Shown here: positions 54,429 through 62,435 of the stretch, one piece after another
Layout: each line of letters opens with the position of its first letter
Position numbering within the stretch: the stretch's first letter is position 1
DNA from: Bacteroidales bacterium
Lineage (GTDB): Bacteria; Bacteroidota; Bacteroidia; Bacteroidales; TTA-H9
DNA: 64,000 nt
Assembly: GCA_030656615.1 (NCBI GenBank)
Contig: JAUSOY010000083.1
Span: 58,966 to 122,965, forward strand
Direction: 5' to 3'
Notes under the pieces: model-generated
Seen by the model: the letters and a program-made list of their open reading frames with translations, nothing else
What the model was told of the DNA's origin: nothing
The model's database searches: none
Made by a program: the position numbers and the translations under genes

Positions 54429-55973
54429 TCAGAACGGAGGAATTCCGTGCTTTTTCCATGGGCTTTGATGAGGCTTGTTTTGCGATATTTCGAGAGCCTG
54501 AACCAGAAAATGTCTTGTTTCGGCAGGTTCGATAACGGCATCAACATAACCATAGGCAGCAGCTACATATGGATTGGCGAATTTTTCTTTATACTCCTCG
54601 ATTTTTTGCTTGCGCATTTCATCAGGATTTTCCGCTTCAAGGATTTCTTTTCTAAAAATAATATTGGCGGCACCCTCAGGACCCATAACAGCTATTTCTG
54701 CAGTAGGCCATGCGAACACGAAGTCAGCACGAAGATGGTGAGAACACATTGCAATATAACCACCACCGTATGCTTTGCGAAGGATAACCGTAATTTTAGG
54801 AACGGTTGCTTCGGAATAAGCATAAAGAATTTTAGCACCATGCCTGATAACACCTGCATGTTCCTGATCAACTCCCGGTAAGTATCCGGGCAAATCAACC
54901 AAAGTTACCAGAGGGACACTGAATGCATCACAAAAACGGATAAACCTTGCGGCTTTGTCGCTGCTGTCTACATCAAGTACGCCAGCCAGTACCATAGGCT
55001 GGTTAGCCACAATGCCAACACTCTGACCAGAGATACGTGAGAATCCAACAACAATATTTGGCGCGAAAAGCTCCTGAACTTCCAGAAATTCCGAATCATC
55101 GGAAACGGCTTTAATTACGTCTCGTACATCGTAAGGTTCTGTTGGATCAGCCGGGATAATCTCATCGATTTTATACTGCCTTTTTGGGGCTTTCTTTGGA
55201 AATGGCTTGGCTTTGTTTTCATTATTCCAGGGAATGAAACTGACCAATTGTTTGATTTGATCAAAACATTGGTTTTCGCTTTCTGCATAAAAGTGGGCAT
55301 TTCCGGTAATTTCTGCCTGAACACGTGCTCCACCAAGATCTTCCTTCGAAATTTCTTCACCCAGAACGGTCTTGATTACTTCAGGACCGGTGATGAACAT
55401 TTGCGATATTTTATCTACTACAAATACAAAGTCGGTAAGAGCGGGTGAGTAAACGGCTCCTCCGGCACATGGGCCGAGAATAACGCTAATCTGAGGTATT
55501 ACTCCGGAGGCCAGTGTATTGAGATAAAAAATGTTTCCATAACCTGCCAGTGCATTAACCCCTTCCTGAATACGGGCACCCCCTGAATCATTAATTCCAA
55601 TAATGGGAACTTTCAGCTTCATTGCATGCTCCATGATCTTTGTGATCTTTTTAGCGTGAGCATATCCCAGAGAGCCACCGGCTACGGTAAAATCCTGAGC
55701 GTATATACATACATGATAGCCGTTGATGGTTCCTGTACCTGTGATAACTCCATCACCAGGCAGGAACTTTTTATCCATATCGAAGTCTTTGCCTGCGTGG
55801 GCAACAAACATGTCGTATTCGTGAAATGATTTGGGGTCGAGTAAGGCCAGGATACGTTCACGTGCGGTTAATTTTCCTTTTGCTTTCTGGCTTTCGATGG
55901 CCTTTTGGCCACCGCCCTGTGATGCTTGATGCATCCGCTTTTTAAGCTCGGTAATCTTTTGGCTTAGTAACAT
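54429..55973 (-). CDS. acyl-CoA carboxylase carboxyltransferase subunit (propionyl-CoA carboxylase beta / methylmalonyl-CoA decarboxylase alpha family)
   Basis: Full-length two-domain carboxyltransferase (GGGQKAIE.QKAKGKLTARERI, ...GPCAGGAVYSPALTDF..., ...RKAYGGGYIAM). Confidence 0.92.
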   Translation of the reverse strand: MLLSQKITELKKRMHQASQGGGQKAIESQKAKGKLTARERILALLDPKSFHEYDMFVAHAGKDFDMDKKFLPGDGVITGTGTINGYHVCIYAQDFTVAGGSLGYAHAKKITKIMEHAMKLKVPIIGINDSGGARIQEGVNALAGYGNIFYLNTLASGVIPQISVILGPCAGGAVYSPALTDFVFVVDKISQMFITGPEVIKTVLGEEISKEDLGGARVQAEITGNAHFYAESENQCFDQIKQLVSFIPWNNENKAKPFPKKAPKRQYKIDEIIPADPTEPYDVRDVIKAVSDDSEFLEVQELFAPNIVVGFSRISGQSVGIVANQPMVLAGVLDVDSSDKAARFIRFCDAFSVPLVTLVDLPGYLPGVDQEHAGVIRHGAKILYAYSEATVPKITVILRKAYGGGYIAMCSHHLRADFVFAWPTAEIAVMGPEGAANIIFRKEILEAENPDEMRKQKIEEYKEKFANPYVAAAYGYVDAVIEPAETRHFLVQALEISQNKPHQSPWKKHGIPPF

Positions 55974-56067
55974 ACCATATTAGTTAGTTTCAATTCCGGA
56001 TTGATCCTCTCAGATCAACGCGGATCTTGGCAAAATTACTCCAATTTCATAAAAATGCAAGACAATG

Positions 56068-56075
56068 TATCTTTG
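56068..56075 (+). promoter_or_regulatory. Bacteroidota -7 box TATCTTTG
   Basis: Perfect TAnnTTTG upstream of the yjbR-like coding region. Confidence 0.45.
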
Positions 56076-56112
56076 TATGGGCTTATAAAAACTGTTAAAA
56101 AACCTTAATTCC

Positions 56113-56466
56113 ACGAATATAGAAGAATTCAGATATTATTGTCTGCCAAAGAAGGGCGTTACCGAAAGTTTTCCGTTTAATGAAACTACTCTGGTATTTA
56201 AAGTGATGGGAAAGATGTTTGCGCATATAGATACGGCGGATACTTTTTGGATTAATATTAAATGTTTACCCGAGCGTGCAGTCGAATTGCGTGAAAAATA
56301 TTCTTGCGTTACCCCTGGATACCATATGAATAAAATTCATTGGAATTCTGTATTAATTGATGGGAGTGTCTCTGAATCACTCTTAAAGGAATGGATAGAC
56401 CATTCTTACGATCTGATTGTAGCGGGTCTGCCAAAAAAAATTCAATCAGAATTATTTTCATCCTGA
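56113..56466 (+). CDS. MmcQ/YjbR-family protein (start codon unresolved)
   Basis: YjbR-like sequence (NIEEFRYYCLPKKGVTESFPFNETTLVFKV-MGKMFA...PGYHMNKIHWNSV...) begins at 56113, 30 codons upstream of the ORF-track start (GTG 56203). The codon at the expected Met position is ACG. The only in-frame alternatives after the TAA at 56086 are CTG 56092 and ATA 56119. Confidence 0.7.
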   Translation, partial: TNIEEFRYYCLPKKGVTESFPFNETTLVFKVMGKMFAHIDTADTFWINIKCLPERAVELREKYSCVTPGYHMNKIHWNSVLIDGSVSESLLKEWIDHSYDLIVAGLPKKIQSELFSS

Positions 56467-56717
56467 GAACCGGGAAGATCATTGGCTTTCTTATTAAACA
56501 TGCTTCCAATAAGAAATCCCATTATTGCTCCCCATAGAATGGTAAGCCATGGATTGGAGGTGATTGGACAACTTCCTCCTTTACATCCAATTTCACGATA
56601 ATAAAAATAACCGGCAATTATTCCCGCAGAAACACCAATAATGCTGGGCAGGGTAAATTGTTTGCGAAGTTTAACAGCCCATTGTGGGCATACTGATTTT
56701 TTTTCTTCAGAACTCAT
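56442..56717 (-). CDS. small 2-TM protein with a Cys-containing inter-helix loop (DUF6132-like?)
   Basis: 91 aa with two TM helices separated by REIGCKGGSCPITSN. Overlaps the upstream thioredoxin gene by 4 nt. Confidence 0.55.
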   Translation of the reverse strand: MSSEEKKSVCPQWAVKLRKQFTLPSIIGVSAGIIAGYFYYREIGCKGGSCPITSNPWLTILWGAIMGFLIGSMFNKKANDLPGSQDENNSD

Positions 56718-57028
56718 AAAGTAATGTACTGTTTTAGCGATGTAATAATTTTTGAAGCAGGTTGAACTCCTGCGAACCGCCGCAGAATTACGCCATCACG
56801 ATATACAATTAACATAGGAATACTAAAAACACCCTGCTTTTCGGCAATGGATTTGTTATCATCAATATCAACAACAGCCACCGTAAAATAATTGCCTGCC
56901 ATATCTTCAACCTCATTCATGATGGGATCCATACTACGGCAGGGAGCGCACCAACTAGCAGTGAATTTTACAATTGTAAGGCCTTTGGAAATATGCTTTT
57001 CGAAATTTCTGAAATCCAGTTGTAGCAT
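56714..57028 (-). CDS. thioredoxin
   Basis: WCAPC active site, 104 aa, no signal peptide. Confidence 0.88.
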   Translation of the reverse strand: MLQLDFRNFEKHISKGLTIVKFTASWCAPCRSMDPIMNEVEDMAGNYFTVAVVDIDDNKSIAEKQGVFSIPMLIVYRDGVILRRFAGVQPASKIITSLKQYITL

Positions 57029-57045
57029 TGTCTATAATATTGGCA

Positions 57046-57053
57046 CAAAGGTA
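57046..57053 (-). promoter_or_regulatory. Bacteroidota -7 box TACCTTTG
   Basis: The plus strand reads CAAAGGTA, a perfect TAnnTTTG on the minus strand, 17 nt upstream of the thioredoxin ATG at 57028. Confidence 0.45.
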
Positions 57054-57112
57054 GTAAAAATATATAGAAAACTGCATGTGTTTTCTCGTTGCAAATTAAG
57101 CAGGCATTTTCA

Positions 57113-57120
57113 TACTTTTG
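57113..57120 (+). promoter_or_regulatory. Bacteroidota -7 box TACTTTTG
   Basis: Perfect TAnnTTTG 18 nt upstream of ATG 57139. A GTTG lies 21 nt upstream as a possible -33 element. Confidence 0.5.
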
Positions 57121-57138
57121 TGTTTTAACCTCATTAAG

Positions 57139-58221
57139 ATGATAATACAAACGATACAATCTCATATGCAAAAGGTTGAAATTGTTTCAGATTTAAAAGA
57201 CTGTGAAAACGATTTCAGGCTTGCATCCGAAGAGCGTGCCATTGTATTGTGTGACAGTAATACTGCAAAGCATTGTCTCCCTCACGCGATTGATGCATTT
57301 CCTCAATTGAGTGCATATCCACTTCTTGTTATTCCTGCCGGAGAAGAGTCCAAGTCGTTTGATTCGGTTCAGTATATTTTAAAACATTTGTTGGCCGCCG
57401 GCGCTGGAAGAGAGAGCCTCCTTATTACTATTGGTGGTGGAATGATTACCGATTTGGGAGGATTCGCTGCTTCGATTTATAAACGCGGGCTTCGGTGTAT
57501 TCATATTCCAACTTCTTTGCTTGCCATGGTAGATGCTTCGGTTGGCGGAAAAACCGGAATAGATTTTAATGGAATTAAAAATTCTGTTGGGTCTTTTTAT
57601 TTTCCTGAAAAATCGATTATATGGACCGGCTTTCTAAATAGTTTGCCACAACGTCAGATAAGGTGCGGCCTTGCAGAAATGCTAAAACATAGTATTATAG
57701 CCGGTGGTGAAACATATGAATCTTTTCTGAATCAAAACCAAACCCTACTTTTAAGTACCGATGCTATTGCTGAATCTATCCGAATAAAAAATGAGTTTGT
57801 TCTTATTGACCCATATGATAAAGGACAACGAATGGCTTTGAATCTTGGGCACAGTATAGGTCATGCTTTGGAAGCATGGTCAAATGCTGGTGAAAAGAAT
57901 CCCCTTTATCACGGTGAGTCGGTTGCAGCAGGACTTATTGCTGAGCTGTTTCTTTCCGTTCGAATGAAATCATTCCCTGAATATGAACTTGAGCGAATTA
58001 CAAAATGGATTATCAACCACAATATTATTCCTAAGCTGCAAATTACGGAGGCCAATCAGCTAATACAATACGCCACCCACGATAAAAAGAATCGAAGAGG
58101 GAAAATTACTATGAGCTTGATGAGCAGCCCGGGTCACGTTGTTACAGGATGCAGTATTCATGAAGAGGAATTTCTGCAGGCCATCAGATATGTTGTTAAA
58201 ATCCTTCAGTCCAATGATTGA
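57139..58221 (+). CDS. aroB: 3-dehydroquinate synthase
   Basis: GGGMITDLGGFAAS and the TSLLAMVDASVGGKTGI motif. Start moved to ATG 57139, downstream of the -7 box. Confidence 0.92.
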   Translation: MIIQTIQSHMQKVEIVSDLKDCENDFRLASEERAIVLCDSNTAKHCLPHAIDAFPQLSAYPLLVIPAGEESKSFDSVQYILKHLLAAGAGRESLLITIGGGMITDLGGFAASIYKRGLRCIHIPTSLLAMVDASVGGKTGIDFNGIKNSVGSFYFPEKSIIWTGFLNSLPQRQIRCGLAEMLKHSIIAGGETYESFLNQNQTLLLSTDAIAESIRIKNEFVLIDPYDKGQRMALNLGHSIGHALEAWSNAGEKNPLYHGESVAAGLIAELFLSVRMKSFPEYELERITKWIINHNIIPKLQITEANQLIQYATHDKKNRRGKITMSLMSSPGHVVTGCSIHEEEFLQAIRYVVKILQSND

Positions 58222-59458
58222 TGCAGTTATCAATTATTCCCCGGTACACTCCAGGGTACAGGTCAAATTGCCCTTATCAAAAAGCATTAGTAACAGAATG
58301 TTGATAATGAATTTTTTGAGTGGTAGGTCGGCGACAAAATTAAAGGTTTCTGAAGCCGACGATTCTCAAATTTTATTTTCCTGTATAGAAACTCTGGAAA
58401 AACCGGATGGATTGACCGTACTAAATGTAGGTGAAGCAGGAACAGCAGCGAGGTTTTTAACGGCTATGCTTTGCGTTACTCCTGGGATTCATTATATTAC
58501 AGGTGGAAAGAGGATGCGTGAACGGCCGATAAACTCATTATTTAAAGCGCTGATAGATTTGGGTGCTGATATTCAGTTTGAGAAAAAGCAATTTTGTTTT
58601 CCGGCCCGGATAACAGGAAAGCGATTACAGGGCGGGGTTCTTGAAATGAGTGATATTACAAGTAGCCAGTTTGTAAGTGCCCTTTTAATGATAGCTCCGG
58701 TTTTAAAAAATGGCCTCGAATTGCACCTTAATGGGAAAATTGCTTCTGAGCCATATATTTTAATGACCCTCGAACTATTGCGGAGCCACGGTGGTTTATT
58801 CGATTATGCACCTCGTTGCATAAAAGTTTATGAGACTAAATTTAAAAAAAGTTCTGTAGTGATTGAATCGGATTGGAGTTCAGCGGCACCATTTTATAGT
58901 ATCATGGCTCTTCGGTTATTGGATGAATTATTTCTTGAAAATCTCACTGGAAAAAGTATGCAGGGCGATAGTGTTCTGGCAGATATATTTACAAATCTGG
59001 GTGTAGAAACCACCGAACTTCCGGGAGGAATACTATTAAAACCATCGAGTCGGCGCTCTTCAAGGTTTGAATATGATTTTTCTGATTGCCCTGATTTGGC
59101 TCAGAGCGTCATTGTTACCGTAGCAGCCTTGGGTTCAAGTGGCTTTTTTACAGGCTTACACAGTTTGCCATTAAAAGAAACCGATCGTTTGCAGGCTATG
59201 CATAATGAATTGGAAAGGCTTGGAATAAGAAATTCGATTGGAGAGGATTTTTTAGAAATTGAAGCTTCAGAACCCATATGCCCGGAAACCCCGATTCAAA
59301 CGTACCAGGATCATAGAATGGCAATGGCCTTTGCACCTTTAGCGGGTGTGTTTGGTTCGCTTAAAATGGTTCAACCAGATGTAGTGAGTAAATCCTTTCC
59401 AAAATTCTGGAAGCAAATCGAACGTTGTGGATTTTCTATGAATCATACTTCGGGCTAA
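58214..59458 (+). CDS. aroA: 3-phosphoshikimate 1-carboxyvinyltransferase (EPSP synthase)
   Basis: LPLSKSISNR and GEAGTAARF motifs, plus the C-terminal DHRMAMAFA. ATG 58214 overlaps the aroB stop by 8 nt. Confidence 0.92.
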   Translation: MIDAVINYSPVHSRVQVKLPLSKSISNRMLIMNFLSGRSATKLKVSEADDSQILFSCIETLEKPDGLTVLNVGEAGTAARFLTAMLCVTPGIHYITGGKRMRERPINSLFKALIDLGADIQFEKKQFCFPARITGKRLQGGVLEMSDITSSQFVSALLMIAPVLKNGLELHLNGKIASEPYILMTLELLRSHGGLFDYAPRCIKVYETKFKKSSVVIESDWSSAAPFYSIMALRLLDELFLENLTGKSMQGDSVLADIFTNLGVETTELPGGILLKPSSRRSSRFEYDFSDCPDLAQSVIVTVAALGSSGFFTGLHSLPLKETDRLQAMHNELERLGIRNSIGEDFLEIEASEPICPETPIQTYQDHRMAMAFAPLAGVFGSLKMVQPDVVSKSFPKFWKQIERCGFSMNHTSG

Positions 59459-59477
59459 TCTTATTCTCATTAATTCA

Positions 59478-59485
59478 TACATTTG
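59478..59485 (+). promoter_or_regulatory. Bacteroidota -7 box TACATTTG
   Basis: Perfect TAnnTTTG 21 nt upstream of ATG 59507. The ORF-track TTG start at 59483 lies inside this box. Confidence 0.45.
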
Positions 59486-59506
59486 TTGTCGAAAACAAAC
59501 TCACTC

Positions 59507-60229
59507 ATGACGGTAGATCTTTTTATCCCTTGCTTTGTCGACCAATTGTATGCGGAAACAGCTACGAATATGGTACAGATACTTCGTAATCTCCGGGTTG
59601 ATGTTCATTATAATTCCTCCCAAACCTGTTGTGGTCAAATGGCCTACAATAGCGGATTTTTTGATGAGGCCAAGTCAATTGGAGAAAAGTTTATTCGCGA
59701 TTTTCCCAACGATAGGCCTATTATTAGTCCATCGGCTTCGTGTACAGGTTTTATCAAAAATTTTTACCCCTCATTGTTTCATAACACGGCTTTGCATAAC
59801 GAGGTAAAGGTGGTACGCCGCAATATGTTTGAGTTTACTGATTTTATTATCAATGTACTAAAGATAGAATCATTGGAAGCTACTTTTAATCATGTGGTTA
59901 CTTATCATGATTCATGTGCATCATTACGGGAATATGGATTGAAAGATCAGCCACGACAGTTATTAAGGATGGTAAAAGGCCTTGAACTGCGCGAAATGCA
60001 TGATCACGATGTATGTTGTGGCTTTGGCGGAACATTTGCCGTTAAACATGAGGCAATTTCGGTGGCCATGACGCAGCAAAAAGTTGAGAATGCTATTGAA
60101 ACAGGTGCCGAATATATAGTATCTACCGATTCGTCGTGTCTTTTGAATATGCAGGCTTATATCGATAAACAAAATCTCTCAATAAAAACCATACATATTA
60201 TTGATTTATTGGCAGTTGCTATGGTTTAA
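59507..60229 (+). CDS. (Fe-S)-binding CCG-domain protein (LutA/GlcF-like)
   Basis: Two cysteine-rich CCG motifs (SQTCCGQ and HDVCCGFGG), typical of LutA/heterodisulfide-reductase-B-like proteins. Confidence 0.8.
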   Translation: MTVDLFIPCFVDQLYAETATNMVQILRNLRVDVHYNSSQTCCGQMAYNSGFFDEAKSIGEKFIRDFPNDRPIISPSASCTGFIKNFYPSLFHNTALHNEVKVVRRNMFEFTDFIINVLKIESLEATFNHVVTYHDSCASLREYGLKDQPRQLLRMVKGLELREMHDHDVCCGFGGTFAVKHEAISVAMTQQKVENAIETGAEYIVSTDSSCLLNMQAYIDKQNLSIKTIHIIDLLAVAMV

Positions 60230-61566
60230 GCGGTTCTTTTTACTACAACCTTTTTCTTCCACCGGCCAGTTTTATAATAAGCATACGAGGCTATGGCTCC
60301 AAAAACCCAGGCTATTGGTATGCCCCACCAGATTCCGGGAACGCCCATCACTTTTGACAACCCAAAGGAAACAGGAATTCGTATTAACCATAGCGATAAC
60401 AAGGTGATAAACATGGGGATTAATGTATCACCGGCACCACGCATCACGCCATTAAAGGTAAACATAGCCGAAAAGCTAATATAAAATGAACTGACAATGA
60501 TGAGATATTCGGTTCCTATGGCTATTATATTTGAGTCCGGAGTGAAGGCACTCATGAGTGTATCACCGAAAAAATAAAAAATCAGTGAAACTACGATGGA
60601 GATGATTGAAGTCATTTTCAAAGTTTCCACCATGCCCTTTCTTACCCTTTCGGGCTTATTGGCACCCATGTTCTGACCTGTGAATGTGGACAGAGCTGCA
60701 CCGAAATTCATGGCCGGTAAAAGGGCAAATGAATCGAGACGACCTGCGGCAGCAAAAGCAGCAACCACGTCGGTTCCAAATCCATTGATAATGCTGTACA
60801 AGGCAATCATACCCAGTGAGACAAATGTTTGTTGAAAGCCAGTTGGCAATCCTATATTCAGACATTTTTTAAATATTACGCGATCGAATATCATTTTTCG
60901 GATGCGTAAAGAAATTAGGCTATGTGTACGGTTGATATAAAACACCATACTAAAAAAAGCGCCCCCCTGGGCAATTACAGTTGCCGCTGCTACTCCTGTT
61001 ATTCCCCATCCAAAGACCAGAACAAAAAGTAAATCAAGGGCAATATTTATGACTGTTGCAATGATTAAAAAATAAAGTGGTGTTTTTGAATCCCCTAAAC
61101 CCCTGAGAATGGCTGTCATTCCATTAAATCCAAAAAACAGTACAGTACCCGATAAATAGACACGAAGGTATGTTGTTGCCAGTGGAAGTACATCTTCGGG
61201 CAGCCCGGTTAGTTCGAGAATCGATTTGCAAAATACGATACCGACAATACCCACGACTAGTGATGCAACAAATAAAAAGTTCCACATGGTGTCAATCGTG
61301 CGTTCCACTTTTTCCATGTCTTTAGCCCCGAAATACTGGCTTAAAACAATACTAAAACCAATTCCGATTCCGATAACGAAGCTAATAAGCACAAAAATGA
61401 GAGGAAAAGCTGCCCCAACAGCGGCCAGTGATTCTTTTCCGACGTATTGACCGATGATGATGCTATCGACTACATTATATAATTGCTGAAAAACATTTCC
61501 GATAAGCATCGGAATAGCAAACTTTAAAATCAGGGGTCCTTCTTTCCCAATAGTAAGGTCTTTCAT
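60226..61566 (-). CDS. MATE family efflux transporter
   Basis: 12-TM protein with the N-terminus GPLILKFAIPMLIGNVFQQLYNVVDSIIIGQ, typical of the MATE/NorM family. Confidence 0.9.
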   Translation of the reverse strand: MKDLTIGKEGPLILKFAIPMLIGNVFQQLYNVVDSIIIGQYVGKESLAAVGAAFPLIFVLISFVIGIGIGFSIVLSQYFGAKDMEKVERTIDTMWNFLFVASLVVGIVGIVFCKSILELTGLPEDVLPLATTYLRVYLSGTVLFFGFNGMTAILRGLGDSKTPLYFLIIATVINIALDLLFVLVFGWGITGVAAATVIAQGGAFFSMVFYINRTHSLISLRIRKMIFDRVIFKKCLNIGLPTGFQQTFVSLGMIALYSIINGFGTDVVAAFAAAGRLDSFALLPAMNFGAALSTFTGQNMGANKPERVRKGMVETLKMTSIISIVVSLIFYFFGDTLMSAFTPDSNIIAIGTEYLIIVSSFYISFSAMFTFNGVMRGAGDTLIPMFITLLSLWLIRIPVSFGLSKVMGVPGIWWGIPIAWVFGAIASYAYYKTGRWKKKVVVKRTA

Positions 61567-61577
61567 ACCAAATGGGA

Positions 61578-62426
61578 TTAAGAATGGGTGAGTCTTAGAA
61601 CCCTTTTAGAGTAATTAATGACAGCCTTATGCTTTAACATGAAATCGCTGCCAAGAATTCCGTCAATGGGGGGGAGATTTAAAGCCGAGTAAGTATGATT
61701 TACATTACTTAAGTCGAGTAAGAGCACCGGAAAGTTATTTATATGTAACTGACCGGCAGTGAATTCGCCCAGATTCAGGCTGTGATGTTCGTTGATATCG
61801 GCATTGATGCCAGCCGAGGGCTGTTCGTTGATGTATAAATCGTCGTCAGTAAAATCAGCAAAATCGCGAAAAAGGCTGATATCAAAGATTGTCCGTGATG
61901 CTCCGGTATCAATGATGAAATTTGCTGCTTTTCCATTTATATTCAATCGAACCATATGATGAAAAGAATCACCCATAAGTGCAAGAACCTGCATGGGATA
62001 TTTCTTACTGCCAATTTTAATTTTTTGTTTTTTATAATGAATGATGGTATTCATGGCCTGCATCATATCACCTCCAAGAATCCCGTGAATCTCTTCTCTG
62101 AAAATCTCTTTGAATAATTCATTAACAGGAGATAAATCGACTAAAACGGCATGATAATCTTTAAAAATCGTTCCTCCAACTTCCAGACTCAGCATATCGA
62201 GTACTTTACTTTGGATGTCATTTCCAAGGCCTTTTGCTGCCAGACCAGAAACAATACTCTGCTCTCCCTTTAATACCCTTTTTATCCGAATGGGGTCGAA
62301 TACCGTGTGAGATGCGCCCGTATCTATTACTAATCGAACAGGTAATTGGTTAATGAATGCATTGATTTGAATGTGAATGCCTTCGTTTTCGATGGGAATA
62401 AATTGTAACGGAAGGTATGATTTCAT
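61578..62426 (-). CDS. tandem retropepsin-like aspartic protease (two DTGAS domains)
   Basis: Two repeats of about 140 aa each carry the catalytic motif (VIDTGASHTVFD and IIDTGASRTIFD) and a C-terminal HGILGGDMM / DGILGSDFM block. No signal peptide. Confidence 0.75.
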   Translation of the reverse strand: MKSYLPLQFIPIENEGIHIQINAFINQLPVRLVIDTGASHTVFDPIRIKRVLKGEQSIVSGLAAKGLGNDIQSKVLDMLSLEVGGTIFKDYHAVLVDLSPVNELFKEIFREEIHGILGGDMMQAMNTIIHYKKQKIKIGSKKYPMQVLALMGDSFHHMVRLNINGKAANFIIDTGASRTIFDISLFRDFADFTDDDLYINEQPSAGINADINEHHSLNLGEFTAGQLHINNFPVLLLDLSNVNHTYSALNLPPIDGILGSDFMLKHKAVINYSKRVLRLTHS

Positions 62427-62435
62427 GGAGGTTTA

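Noticed and set aside
54054-55973. An apparently truncated Na+-translocating methylmalonyl-CoA decarboxylase operon, with only the carboxyltransferase and biotin carrier present.
   Set aside because: A carboxyltransferase plus a small biotin protein, with the biotin carboxylase or membrane subunit encoded elsewhere, is a common arrangement for acyl-CoA carboxylases in this phylum. It is not evidence of decay.
59507-60229. Orphan lutA-like gene without adjacent lutB/lutC, while a LUD-domain fragment sits at 1-95.
   Set aside because: CCG-domain Fe-S proteins occur in several unrelated complexes, and the two loci are 59 kb apart. No functional inference is justified from this window.
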